Both the position numbers and the translations under genes were made by a program. DNA of 64,000 nt from a virus. Below are positions 20,179 through 30,636 of the stretch, in pieces. Under the pieces are notes generated by a model that was not told where the DNA came from, searched no databases, and saw only the letters and a list, made by a program, of their open reading frames with translations. The stretch is taken from positions 29,341 to 93,340 of the IMG/VR virus record IMGVR_UViG_3300033688_000038. The stretch is one strand, 5' to 3'. The number at the start of each line of letters is the position of its first letter. Position 1 is the first letter of the stretch.

Positions 20179-22017
20179 TTAACTTCTTCGTCCAATTTTA
20201 CCAAACTCTAACCAATAGCCTCTAATTTCAGCCCTAGATGTAGCTGGTATAATAAATTTAATATGAACATATTCTCCAGATACTCTACAAGATAACTTTG
20301 TATCTTTAACAGGATCAAATTTACCAATAAACTTCCAACTCAAACCACCATCTATTGTTTTAGAACTTGCCATATAAACATCAACAATACCTTTTCTAAC
20401 AAGTGGGTACACTTTATTAACAAAAGTACTATCAGTCCTATCACCCATATCCATCCATTTTTTCTCAAGAAGTGCTTCATAGTTGACACCATTAATCATT
20501 GGATCTTCTATTGATGTATATATGAAGTATTTAGATTCACTAAAATCTAAACTATCCTCATCCCAGTAATTAACATCAAACCAATCTTGATTATCATACC
20601 ACCTATTCTCTTCAGCAGGTAATACCTCTCTTGCAGAACCTAATGCTAACCCCCACTGAGATGGGTTATATTTATAGTAACTATCTAACCATCTATCAGT
20701 AGCCTCTTCCCAAGAAGCACCTGGTTTGTCATAATCAACACTTCCAGATATTGGATCGATACCTCCCTCCTCAGGAGCAAACCATGTAATATTCTCAGAG
20801 GGTAATGATAGTATTGTATAAGATGAGCAAACTAAATCAGGTATATATTTCCTAGCCCAAGTTTTCTCTTCCCAGTTATAAACATAAGCTACATTACATG
20901 CACCATTCACATTTGTTGTAGATTCTGGTATACAAACCCATAACTCTTTATCTTTATAATTAGTAGCAACAAACACTTGATCTTGATGTAAAGGATCAAT
21001 AGAGTTAAACAACTCTTTTCTAATAACACCATCGGCAACTGATTTCTTATTAACCCCATCATGTATATAAACATCTGATTGTCCAACAACAAAATGCTTA
21101 CCCTCAACCTCTGCAATACAATCTAATCCCAATACACCTGCATCATCAAATAACTCCTTAAAAGCAAACACATTTATACCACCAGTATAAGACATCTGCC
21201 ATATAGATCTTTCACGGTAAATGATAAAACTATCTCTCATAGCTCTACCATCTACAATAGGTCCACCAGAGCCACCTAAGAAGTTCCAACCAGAGTTTCT
21301 AGTTGGATCAGCATCACACCACATAGATTTTGATTCTTCACCAGTAATAGGGTCAACAATAGAATCTAACTGTGAACCAACAACATCATGAGACCACCAC
21401 AGAGCATTTTGATGGAGGCCAGCATTCCATGGACCAAAACCTTTATCAAAATCACCATCATAGTCATCTGTGGCAAAATTCAAACCAACCATAAAGTTCC
21501 TATAAGTCCTCATTGTCTTAAAATGAAGATGCTCTGGAAAACCGACCATAGTCTTCATTGTTGATAAAGATGAATCCCAGACATAGGGTTTATCTTTACA
21601 TAGGTATGGAACTCCATTCAAAGAATCACCAGTCCAATATAACTTATCAATAAAAGGTGTGTCTATTTGTAACCCACCTTTTGGTGTAACATCGATATGA
21701 TTATCCTTACTAGAGATCCTATACACACGATCCTCGTACTTTATCTCGGTATCAGTTGGACCCATCTCAAGGGCTTTCCTACCTGCATATAGCCACCAAT
21801 AATAGTTTTGATCCCCCTCCCTAAGGGGGATTATGCACTCAGGTGTAGTAAAAGCAGCACCAAAACCCTGCTCATAACCAGAACTCTTTTTGGTAATACC
21901 GTGCCTAAAAGCAACATTACCAGCCTCATCCCATAGACCTGGGTTAAGTTGAGAAGGCTCCCTTGCGAAATTAACACCAGCAGGGGCCTCCACTTTGAAG
22001 AATTGAAAATCAGACAT
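20179..22017 (-). CDS. Tail nozzle (P22 gp10-like/tail tubular B-type) protein, 612 aa (start MSDFQFF)
   Basis: Size, gene position and beta-propeller-like motifs ('FIIYRERSIWQMSY', 'FVVGQSDVYIHDG', 'VAYVYNW'); AGGAG SD before 22017. Confidence 0.75.
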   Translation of the reverse strand: MSDFQFFKVEAPAGVNFAREPSQLNPGLWDEAGNVAFRHGITKKSSGYEQGFGAAFTTPECIIPLREGDQNYYWWLYAGRKALEMGPTDTEIKYEDRVYRISSKDNHIDVTPKGGLQIDTPFIDKLYWTGDSLNGVPYLCKDKPYVWDSSLSTMKTMVGFPEHLHFKTMRTYRNFMVGLNFATDDYDGDFDKGFGPWNAGLHQNALWWSHDVVGSQLDSIVDPITGEESKSMWCDADPTRNSGWNFLGGSGGPIVDGRAMRDSFIIYRERSIWQMSYTGGINVFAFKELFDDAGVLGLDCIAEVEGKHFVVGQSDVYIHDGVNKKSVADGVIRKELFNSIDPLHQDQVFVATNYKDKELWVCIPESTTNVNGACNVAYVYNWEEKTWARKYIPDLVCSSYTILSLPSENITWFAPEEGGIDPISGSVDYDKPGASWEEATDRWLDSYYKYNPSQWGLALGSAREVLPAEENRWYDNQDWFDVNYWDEDSLDFSESKYFIYTSIEDPMINGVNYEALLEKKWMDMGDRTDSTFVNKVYPLVRKGIVDVYMASSKTIDGGLSWKFIGKFDPVKDTKLSCRVSGEYVHIKFIIPATSRAEIRGYWLEFGKIGRRS

Positions 22018-22028
22018 GGTATCTCCTA

Positions 22029-22694
22029 TTACTCTAAAGGTGCGCCAACAAACATAATATAAGATAATGCATACCAAGGTGGTCGTTTATCAAAAACTCT
22101 ACCCTCTACAGCTTTAAGAGGGTGGATGTGTGGTTGATTCCCACCATCAAGTGTTGTTTTGGTAAACTTCCTACCATCACGACCTCCACTGTCAGCGCCA
22201 GTCAAGTAAGCTTCACCACCACTATTATCACCATTATCCCAAGCACCCCAGAAATCCTCTGTAACTTTAGGTAATTGAGCTTTAGTTAGAGTAGTACCAC
22301 CACTAATGATGAACTGAGCAAAATCCTTCTCTTCAGCAGAACCACCAGTAGTTCCAATTTTCTCACCATTATCTGGATTCCAACCTTTAATAAATCTATC
22401 TTTTAAATCAGGAACAACTACACCATTTACAACTCTCTCAGAATCACAAATAGCCCAATTATCAGGAGCCTTGTCACCAGAGAAGTTCATGATCATTCCA
22501 ACTTGAAATCTATGAATATTTAATGTATTAAAATCATCACTAGACAATTTAACTTCACTATTAATATTAGGGAATGTTTTAGTTAAGGCTGCTTTAACAG
22601 CACGTATTTGACCAGCACCTTCAGCGCGAGGGTCAAGATTTGTAGGTAGATTAGGATCTAATCCACCAATGAATGGGGCTGTATCTAATGCCAT
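22029..22694 (-). CDS. Short tail fibre with a tail-collar domain, 221 aa
   Basis: N-terminal 'LDPNLP...D..AEG..QIR.VK..L..TFPNI' anchor and collar motif 'GMIMNFSGDKAPDNWAICD...VPDLKDRFIKG'. Confidence 0.75.
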   Translation of the reverse strand: MALDTAPFIGGLDPNLPTNLDPRAEGAGQIRAVKAALTKTFPNINSEVKLSSDDFNTLNIHRFQVGMIMNFSGDKAPDNWAICDSERVVNGVVVPDLKDRFIKGWNPDNGEKIGTTGGSAEEKDFAQFIISGGTTLTKAQLPKVTEDFWGAWDNGDNSGGEAYLTGADSGGRDGRKFTKTTLDGGNQPHIHPLKAVEGRVFDKRPPWYALSYIMFVGAPLE

Positions 22695-22706
22695 TATTAC
22701 TTCTCC

Positions 22707-22964
22707 TTATTTTTTTATTTCAAATAAATGTTCCATTACAGTTAGTCGCTCATCTTGTTTTTCCATAAGCTCTAATATTTGAGAGTCAAACATAGTATAT
22801 TTTTGTGTTAAGAAATTAAGCTCGATATTCATAGAGTTAATCCTTTGGGAGTTATAACTCACTTGATCTCTGATAATGCTATTTCTGTATTCTGATATAG
22901 CAAAGATGACCACTAGTATTATAATAGCAATTATCTTTTGTTTACATGTTACGGAAAGGTTCAT
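22707..22964 (-). CDS. Small membrane protein (one TM + coiled coil), possible lysis protein, 85 aa
   Basis: TM 'IIAIIILVVIFAI'; 'QDERLTVMEH' paralogous to the neighbouring gene. Confidence 0.55.
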   Translation of the reverse strand: MNLSVTCKQKIIAIIILVVIFAISEYRNSIIRDQVSYNSQRINSMNIELNFLTQKYTMFDSQILELMEKQDERLTVMEHLFEIKK

Positions 22965-22968
22965 AATA

Positions 22969-23250
22969 TTACTCCCCTGTGATATCTTCTACTTCTAGGT
23001 TATGTTCCTTCATAAGAATATACTCCACTACGGTCAATCTCTTATCTTGTTTATGAATTAAAGCCATGAGGTTTGTATTGAACTCCATATATTGATCACC
23101 CAAGATATGTACATTAGCTTCAAGTGTTTCGATTTGTTCTGTCTGTCTTGAGATAGCTTCAGTTGTTCTAAAACTCCAACCAGCTACAGCAATAATGACA
23201 CTAGTCAATGCACCTATTAATCCTTTTTGTAACGTAGTTAATTTAATCAT
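22969..23250 (-). CDS. Small membrane protein (one TM + coiled coil), possible lysis protein, 93 aa
   Basis: TM 'GLIGALTSVIIAVAGW'; 'QDKRLTVVEY'. Confidence 0.55.
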   Translation of the reverse strand: MIKLTTLQKGLIGALTSVIIAVAGWSFRTTEAISRQTEQIETLEANVHILGDQYMEFNTNLMALIHKQDKRLTVVEYILMKEHNLEVEDITGE

Positions 23251-23261
23251 ATCGTGTACCT

Positions 23262-24509
23262 CTATTTTATTGGTTTAATTAAACCAATTGATTGTGTAAT
23301 TGATGCTAATGACTTCTTCATCTCCAAATTATCAGTTTCAATTCGTAGTAATCTATTATTATAACCAATTAAATATGTATTACTTTTAGTTTCTAAATTA
23401 TGTAACCTTGCATCAATAGCATCACACCTCTTATTAATATCAGCAATGGAAGTAGTAACAGAAGTGCCTGAAGTAGATAAACCAGAAATGAGAGCACTGA
23501 CTTCCCTCATTCCACAAATAAGATAACCACACAAAGCTGCTAGATCTATATATTGTTCTGGTATTTGTTTTTCATTCATAATTGATATTACAGACAAAGG
23601 TAATGTCTTAGATAATTCAATACTAGAAAAACCAAGAGATTGTTCTTTATTCTTTCCATCTTTATAACTCGATACAGTTGTTGATGAGATCTTATCTAAA
23701 ACCTTGTCACTGAATTCAATTACATCTGTATTTTTTATAGTAGCTACAGATTCTACACTAGAACTTTTTGATGATAGATTACCATTGGTAATCAATCTTA
23801 TATCTGATAACCCGTTTTGATATTTAAAAGAAGTACCAACACCAGTAGGATCACCAAAACTAAGCACATCTCCTATTGTTTTATCTTTAGTTAAATTAAT
23901 ACTAATCAATTTGTTATCTGAATTAACAATTGATATAGATTTCTTAGAATACAAATTACCAGTAGCTACTAAATCACTATTAACTACTGTGAGTGGATTC
24001 TTACCAGATGGAGTTAATTCAACAACACCACTCTGTGTTAAAGATATCAACCCACCACCTATATTGTTATAGAAGTGAGCATCATTAGTTGTATCAGGTG
24101 CTTTCCCTACAAACCAACCCTCTTGAGAACCATACAATCCCCTAATAGAGTTGTATGTTTTATCGCTAGGTGAGTGTATAATTGCACCAACTTTTCCATT
24201 AGTATGAAAAATAGCCTCACCCTCAGCACTTACTTCAGCTATTGTTTGACCTGAAGCCCCTTCAAACCTAAAACCTTGTTTTTCAACATCGGGATTAGAA
24301 TATTGAAGTATAGCGCCTTTTGAATCAATACCTATTTCAAAGCAACCTCCAAGTCTATCCTTAACGCCAACAGCGGTATCAGATAGAACTTTACCTACGA
24401 CTGCTACATCTTTCTCAAACATAGCATCTTCAGTGATACTGTTTGGTTCATCCTTTTTTAACACTTGCAACGGATTAATCATTGCTATTAGTAAATTATT
24501 TGAAGCCAT
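23262..24509 (-). CDS. Putative tail-fibre-related protein with a degenerate S74-like region and terminal coiled coil, 415 aa
   Basis: Beta-rich N-terminal half; 'LDKISSTTVSSY...LGFSSIELSKTLPLSV...IDLAALCGYLICGMREV' parallels the S74 pattern 'LDKV...Y...GVIAQE...LPEVV...V.Y..I.ALLIEAIKEL'. Confidence 0.5.
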   Translation of the reverse strand: MASNNLLIAMINPLQVLKKDEPNSITEDAMFEKDVAVVGKVLSDTAVGVKDRLGGCFEIGIDSKGAILQYSNPDVEKQGFRFEGASGQTIAEVSAEGEAIFHTNGKVGAIIHSPSDKTYNSIRGLYGSQEGWFVGKAPDTTNDAHFYNNIGGGLISLTQSGVVELTPSGKNPLTVVNSDLVATGNLYSKKSISIVNSDNKLISINLTKDKTIGDVLSFGDPTGVGTSFKYQNGLSDIRLITNGNLSSKSSSVESVATIKNTDVIEFSDKVLDKISSTTVSSYKDGKNKEQSLGFSSIELSKTLPLSVISIMNEKQIPEQYIDLAALCGYLICGMREVSALISGLSTSGTSVTTSIADINKRCDAIDARLHNLETKSNTYLIGYNNRLLRIETDNLEMKKSLASITQSIGLIKPIK

Positions 24510-24520
24510 TATTTAGCTCC

Positions 24521-25039
24521 TTAAGTTAAGGTTAATCTTATATTAATGATCTTATTGAGGTTTGCCCTCATATAATTGACAATAGGTGCATTTCTAAACT
24601 CACCATTTCTTTTATTATTCAAAACTAAAGAGGTACTACCAACTCCATCTATACTAAAAGTGACAGTACCAGTTAGATTTTGACTAACCTTGAAAGTAAT
24701 ATGATCCCTTGTACCACTCCCAGAACAGTATAAAGACTCAAGACGGGTACCATAAAACTTACTACTGATTATCTGGCCATAGTTAGTACCCATCCCTACA
24801 GTACCAGAAGACTCTCCAACATCTATCCTGAATGTATAGGTTGAAGCTCTCCCAATAACATCACCAAAACTAATACTACTTTCATCAACAGTCATTAGGC
24901 AGCTCAACCTAACCCATTGATTGTTAAGATTAAGACCAGTCTCGGGTTGATTAATATCCTTAGCTATATCACTCATACTAACAGGACCACTAGGGGGATA
25001 AACAAGAGGGGAGACCCCCTCCATTTCTTTATTTTCCAT
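24521..25039 (-). CDS. Putative fibre-tip/adhesin protein, 172 aa
   Basis: 'PPSGPVSMSDI...ISFGDVIG' recalls the N-termini of small proteins encoded directly after S74-bearing fibres. Confidence 0.5.
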   Translation of the reverse strand: MENKEMEGVSPLVYPPSGPVSMSDIAKDINQPETGLNLNNQWVRLSCLMTVDESSISFGDVIGRASTYTFRIDVGESSGTVGMGTNYGQIISSKFYGTRLESLYCSGSGTRDHITFKVSQNLTGTVTFSIDGVGSTSLVLNNKRNGEFRNAPIVNYMRANLNKIINIRLTLT

Positions 25040-28000
25040 CCTTTAACTCCTTAATTTCTGATCTAAGATTATCAACCTCAGCTTTCAGCTCTTTGATTGC
25101 TTCAATTAATAAAGCACTAATATTACCATAAGCTACTGTCTTGAAATCTTCAATATCACCATTTTTAGTTTCAATAACTACCTCAGGTAGTACCTTTTCT
25201 ATCTCTTGAGCAATAACACCACAGTGACTAATACCATCATCAAGATCTGTACGTTCATAAGTTACACCACGTATTTGATTGACCTTATCAAGTGCATTTT
25301 CAATTACCTTAATATTAGTTTTTACACGAATATCAGAATAAGCCGTAATATTACCTGATACATTAACAGAACCACCCCTATAGGAGTTAACCCATGATTC
25401 TTTAAACCACCAAGAGCTGGTACCTAGTAGTGAAGTGGCAGAATCACCAGTAGAAGCTTTACTAGGAAGGTATCCAAATCTTTCAGATGATGAGATCCAA
25501 CGACTAGTTGGCTGAACTACTTCAGTACCACTAATTACGGTATTTCTCCAATAAAGGTTTCCACCTACATCATCCCAAGTAGGTTTTGCACGAGTATTAT
25601 AAGTTGCATTATTTTCAATCCATTTAGTAATACCAGAGGGAGCAGATGCACCTACAGCAGTTGCTTTCCAAACAAATTTAGCATTATATGAATGTCTAGC
25701 TGACCATATCAAACCAGCCGTAGGGTATGGGGCTGATAAAGCATAAACCTCATACTTACTACCACTAATATATTTATATCCTATATCTTTTATAAGATGG
25801 TCCAATCCACCGTCATAGAATCCAACAATAGATAACCCAGTAGCGGGCGAGCCATTACCAGTCCTTATGTGGATTTTTTGAGTACCTAATTGATGTACTG
25901 AACCTAGGTTGAAACCAGAACCCCCACTAACTTCAATAACTATAGTAGAAGCTGAATTTGGCATATCCACTTCTGCTAATAGGTGCCATTGTCCTGAAGA
26001 ACTCATACCGTAGTCAGTCTCCCAAGCAGTAGAAATACCCCTCCATTTATTCCAAGAAGAAGTGTCTCCATTACGAGTCCTAAATGCCATGTTTTGGCTA
26101 GTGATACTGCCATATGAGTTATTCATCTGGAAACCATAACCACTAGCACCCATATGTACTATAGAACCTGTATAAGGAGCACCATTCGCATATGTAAAAT
26201 CAGCGCTCATATAAGGCTGTGTATCAGCAGCTTGACCAGGGGAGGGATTCCAACCATTATCTCTTAAATAGGATTCTGAACTCAATCCATCTAGCTTCTC
26301 AGAATCAGCAGCTTTTCCTGTTAAATCATTTAATGTGGGTTTATTACCAGAGGTATAAACAGTTCCAGTAACTTTAGGAAAACTAATTACATACTGATTA
26401 GTTCCTGCTGTATTTCGAGCGATGATGTTTAAATTACCACCACTGGCACTCTCGCCACTACCCTCTAGGATAATCTTATTAGCACCACTTGCTGTCTTAT
26501 TAAAATTAAGAGTTAAACTAGGGTAACTATGTGGATGGGTGATAAAACCACCACCAGTTATAGCTCCTGTTGATTTAATCTGACCATCACCTCCAGATAA
26601 GAAGATACGAGCATCACCTTCAGCAGCAACATACATACCCCAATGAGAACCAGCTTTGATATCATTAGGAATAAATGTAGAATTAGCACCACAATAACCA
26701 ATACCATACATATTACCCAAAGCATCATCAGTCGGTTTATAAGCAGAACCAATTGCATAGATTGGGTTTGTTTTGACGCTGTTAGGTCCAACGTTATTAT
26801 AAGAACCAATCTGATACCCATTGGAGTGAGCAGTACGGTTCTGGTATTGACCATCACCACCAACAGCTTTCCACGCACCCCAACTATTAGTACTGAACTT
26901 ACTTCTTACGTATACTAAATTGTTATCAGATGTGTAAGTCTGAATAATGATTGCACCTGTATTCTGAACTTGCAGTGCACCATAATTATAAGCATTAACA
27001 CCATTAGTATCTTTAGGTCTGTTTGCCCCAGAAGCATTATTTACTGTATATGTGCCTGCAATTGTTAATGTATTCCAATCCTGACTACTAACAGTACCCG
27101 ATGTGTTCTTAGGAGCACCAATATCCTCGGGACTTGGTTTATATGCAGTCGTATAAACTTTACCAGATTGACCAGTACCTTCTATATATACACCATCAGT
27201 TTTGATATTAATATTGCGTGAATGTGCATAACTATGTAGAGCTACATCATTACTAGACCCGCCTTTACCAACATACCAATTACTAGTACCACCAACTGAA
27301 CTGACGAAGTAACTAGCTTGACCAGCAGGAGCCCTTAAAAAAACACCTTCACTACCTTTATTAATACTAAGAGTACCAGTCATTGTATCACCAGAACGAG
27401 ATACTAGATTTAAGACATCATTAGTTGGTTTATTAACAGCAGAATACACACGAGTATTATTGTCATAAACAGCACCATGACGATTATTCCAATATTTTTG
27501 AGCATCCGTAAAAGAAGTACCAGCTTGAGCTAATGTTTTAACTGGATAAACAGTACCTCCAGCATCAGTATAAGACCCTAAAGTGATTGTAACTGGAGTA
27601 GCATTGCCATAAGAACCAGAAACACGATATTGGGCACCCCCTCCACGTAACCAAACTAACAAACCATTATTAATATAAGCCAGTCCACCTAATACAGTTG
27701 TATATTGATTAGACCACTCTTCTAATGTTAATGAATGAGTGTTACCGCCCCAACCACTATCGCCACTCCATTTAATTGTTGCAGTACAACCACCCTTATG
27801 GGTTGGGTTGTTCCATGCTGGACCTGTCCAATTATAACCACGAGAAACTGATACACGCTTGAATCCATAACCATCCTCAATCATTACACCAATAAGCACT
27901 GGATAAAAGGTATTAGCATCACCACCAACAGTAATATCTTTCCACTGGCCTTTCTCTAAACCTTTAGTTGGATACCTACCATCAGATTCAGCTTTAGTAT

Positions 28001-30623
28001 ATGAACCAATTGTCCCAGCAGAAGGTGGATAATTTTCTGAGTATACGCGTTTACCCATATCATATAGCTTACCAGTAGTATCACTAATAAGTGTAGTACC
28101 ATCAGTACCATAAAGATTAGAACCTAGACTTACTTTACCAGTTTGATAAGTATCACCAACATTATAGCCAAGAATCAAAGTACCACCACTTCCAGCAGCA
28201 GAGAGGGTGACTGCTTTATTATCATGTGACCATAGTGTATTTTTTCCATCGTAGGTTTTAATACCATTATGACCAGTTAATGTTAAAGGGCCAGTCATTG
28301 TATCACCAGATTTAGAAACTTTTAGCCTATCTTGTGTGTCAACATAATCTTTCCTAGTTAGATGAGCAGCAGCAGTACCAGCAGAGGCTGCTATTGGCAC
28401 ACTAGATGTAATTACAGTATTATTGATTACCAGTTTATTACCTTGTGAAAAAGTTCCACCTAATCCAAAAGCAAGACTAGCACCAGATGAAGGTGATCCA
28501 TTGGATATATAAACAGTACCACGATTACCAATAATGCCATAACCATCAACCTTAAGTTGATCAACAGAAGGTAGGCTATTACCAAATGTGGTTCCTTGTA
28601 TAAGTAAAGCACTGTTTAGATTTCCTCCACCATTTAGATCAAGAGAACCTCCACGGTATCTATTAACCCAAGCCTCTCTAAACCACCAACTAGATGCACC
28701 TATATATGAATTTGATGAATCAGCAGTTCCAATATTATTAGGAAGAAAGCCCGTTGTAGTAGATCCAGCACTCAACCACTTAGTTTGAGCAACTTTTAAG
28801 AAACTTACACTAGACTCTGTTACCTCTTTTATAAAACGATTACCACCAACATCATTCCAAGTAGGTTTATGTGTAGTTGAGTATAGGTAGTCCCAATTCC
28901 CCCAAGTACTCTCTCCATAACGAATACCAAGTCTTCCATTTTGCCCGAATGCCAGCTGATGTGTACCACCTCCACTTTTATCTGTAGAAGTGCTACCATA
29001 TGGCCTAAAAGTCATTACACCATGATAGAGCCCACCTTGGGAGTAACCATCAGTACTATTAGTTTTAAAATCAAACCTAACACCAGGGAAGTCTTGTACT
29101 ATTAATGGTAAAGGATTTGTACTACGTGTATCAAAAGCTATGACTGATTTAGATTTATCAATAGCAGCCCCACTACCTGATTGTATGAATTTAGCATCAG
29201 CTTCAGCTTTAGAATAGGAACCAACATCAGAAGATGTTGGCTTATTTGATGTAGAGTAAATCAAAGAAGAATTCTCTCCAGATAAATCAACATCTTTGCC
29301 ATAACCAAAATGACCATCAGCTCGTAAACCCAAATACTTGTGATTAGCTTGTGCCTCAAAGAGGATAGATACATTGCCTGCTGGCCCAGAATCTCTCTTA
29401 AGTATTAATTTAGGATTGGGACTATCTCCCATATTCACAGTCAAAGGTCCAGTCATTGTATCACCAGTTTTAGCCACAGCGCCTACAGCAGAGGGTGTAG
29501 GCTTATTCTTCTCAGTATATACTGCGTAAGGTGTTAGTGTTCCAGTTGTATCTGTAGTGGTAAAACAAAGTTGGTGTGCCCTATCTCCATTGTGCGGTAC
29601 ATACAATGAATGATAATAATTACCACCACCCCTATGACCCCATGTGATGTAATCAGTAAAAGTACTACCTTCAGGGCTGTTAGCTCCAGAAGGAGTAGAG
29701 TTGACTTTTAAATGCCCATTAGTTGGTTTCCAATTTGTATCAGTATTTACTACTAACTGCCCTGCATAAGCAGCAGTTCCTCCTAAATCACTAAGTAGTG
29801 GTTTATTACCTTCATGGTAGATCTTATTAACACCAACAGTTGGAGTAGCAGTGAATTTAACAATATTAGATCCTCGATTAGAAGACATCAATGTACTCTC
29901 TACATTGGCATTACGCATACCAATCTCTAATCTATTGTCTGAAGTATCTCCTCTATATTTGAAAAATGCTCCATGGTTAGCTGAATCTTCACTTAAGTAT
30001 AATTGAGATGTTTTATTAGCACCTGTATCAACCCTAATCTCAGCATTTTCACTATTAGTAATTTTCAAATTTCCAGTCATTGTATCGCCAGTCTTACTAA
30101 CCTTGGTATTTAATGATGTAATTGTAGCTTTGGTGTCTAATTGTGATTGTACCCAAACCTTGTCAGCTTTTAAATCAACTACATGTTTAACACTATCTGG
30201 CCCATCAGCAGGACTAAAGATAATATTAGTACCATTAACCTCACTAATATCACCAGATCGAAAAGCAGTAATTTTAATAATATCAGTGTTCTGAGCTACA
30301 GGTACTTTAAGTATAATACTTACACCATCTGTTGCTATATAATCAGTCATAGCTAAACCAATACCATTATATTCTACATCTACAAAATCAATATCATACT
30401 GTGCTGGGAATACTGTTTTTCCTTTTACGTTTGTTTCTTCATAAACCTTACGAATGAAATCTGCACCTGCACCACCAACGTTGATTATGACACCTGCATC
30501 ATTTTTAGTGTAAATCTTCTTATCAGCCATATTAATAAGGATCTCACCTACATCAACTTGACTGGGAGTAGGTAACCTACCAGCAACACTTGTTCTTTTA
30601 AATTTAATCTTATTAATAGCCAT
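25029..30623 (-). CDS. Long tail fibre, distal subunit, with C-terminal peptidase S74 chaperone, 1864 aa
   Basis: T4 gp37-like N-terminus 'KIKFKRTSVAGRLP...GEILINMADKKIYTK'; repeated 'VSKSGDTMTG' and 'VY...NKP...DVG' fibre motifs; canonical 'YSDIRVKTNI...GVIAQEIEKVLPEVV' S74 domain. Confidence 0.92.
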   Translation of the reverse strand: MAINKIKFKRTSVAGRLPTPSQVDVGEILINMADKKIYTKNDAGVIINVGGAGADFIRKVYEETNVKGKTVFPAQYDIDFVDVEYNGIGLAMTDYIATDGVSIILKVPVAQNTDIIKITAFRSGDISEVNGTNIIFSPADGPDSVKHVVDLKADKVWVQSQLDTKATITSLNTKVSKTGDTMTGNLKITNSENAEIRVDTGANKTSQLYLSEDSANHGAFFKYRGDTSDNRLEIGMRNANVESTLMSSNRGSNIVKFTATPTVGVNKIYHEGNKPLLSDLGGTAAYAGQLVVNTDTNWKPTNGHLKVNSTPSGANSPEGSTFTDYITWGHRGGGNYYHSLYVPHNGDRAHQLCFTTTDTTGTLTPYAVYTEKNKPTPSAVGAVAKTGDTMTGPLTVNMGDSPNPKLILKRDSGPAGNVSILFEAQANHKYLGLRADGHFGYGKDVDLSGENSSLIYSTSNKPTSSDVGSYSKAEADAKFIQSGSGAAIDKSKSVIAFDTRSTNPLPLIVQDFPGVRFDFKTNSTDGYSQGGLYHGVMTFRPYGSTSTDKSGGGTHQLAFGQNGRLGIRYGESTWGNWDYLYSTTHKPTWNDVGGNRFIKEVTESSVSFLKVAQTKWLSAGSTTTGFLPNNIGTADSSNSYIGASSWWFREAWVNRYRGGSLDLNGGGNLNSALLIQGTTFGNSLPSVDQLKVDGYGIIGNRGTVYISNGSPSSGASLAFGLGGTFSQGNKLVINNTVITSSVPIAASAGTAAAHLTRKDYVDTQDRLKVSKSGDTMTGPLTLTGHNGIKTYDGKNTLWSHDNKAVTLSAAGSGGTLILGYNVGDTYQTGKVSLGSNLYGTDGTTLISDTTGKLYDMGKRVYSENYPPSAGTIGSYTKAESDGRYPTKGLEKGQWKDITVGGDANTFYPVLIGVMIEDGYGFKRVSVSRGYNWTGPAWNNPTHKGGCTATIKWSGDSGWGGNTHSLTLEEWSNQYTTVLGGLAYINNGLLVWLRGGGAQYRVSGSYGNATPVTITLGSYTDAGGTVYPVKTLAQAGTSFTDAQKYWNNRHGAVYDNNTRVYSAVNKPTNDVLNLVSRSGDTMTGTLSINKGSEGVFLRAPAGQASYFVSSVGGTSNWYVGKGGSSNDVALHSYAHSRNINIKTDGVYIEGTGQSGKVYTTAYKPSPEDIGAPKNTSGTVSSQDWNTLTIAGTYTVNNASGANRPKDTNGVNAYNYGALQVQNTGAIIIQTYTSDNNLVYVRSKFSTNSWGAWKAVGGDGQYQNRTAHSNGYQIGSYNNVGPNSVKTNPIYAIGSAYKPTDDALGNMYGIGYCGANSTFIPNDIKAGSHWGMYVAAEGDARIFLSGGDGQIKSTGAITGGGFITHPHSYPSLTLNFNKTASGANKIILEGSGESASGGNLNIIARNTAGTNQYVISFPKVTGTVYTSGNKPTLNDLTGKAADSEKLDGLSSESYLRDNGWNPSPGQAADTQPYMSADFTYANGAPYTGSIVHMGASGYGFQMNNSYGSITSQNMAFRTRNGDTSSWNKWRGISTAWETDYGMSSSGQWHLLAEVDMPNSASTIVIEVSGGSGFNLGSVHQLGTQKIHIRTGNGSPATGLSIVGFYDGGLDHLIKDIGYKYISGSKYEVYALSAPYPTAGLIWSARHSYNAKFVWKATAVGASAPSGITKWIENNATYNTRAKPTWDDVGGNLYWRNTVISGTEVVQPTSRWISSSERFGYLPSKASTGDSATSLLGTSSWWFKESWVNSYRGGSVNVSGNITAYSDIRVKTNIKVIENALDKVNQIRGVTYERTDLDDGISHCGVIAQEIEKVLPEVVIETKNGDIEDFKTVAYGNISALLIEAIKELKAEVDNLRSEIKELKDGK

Positions 30624-30636
30624 TATAAGTCCTTAA

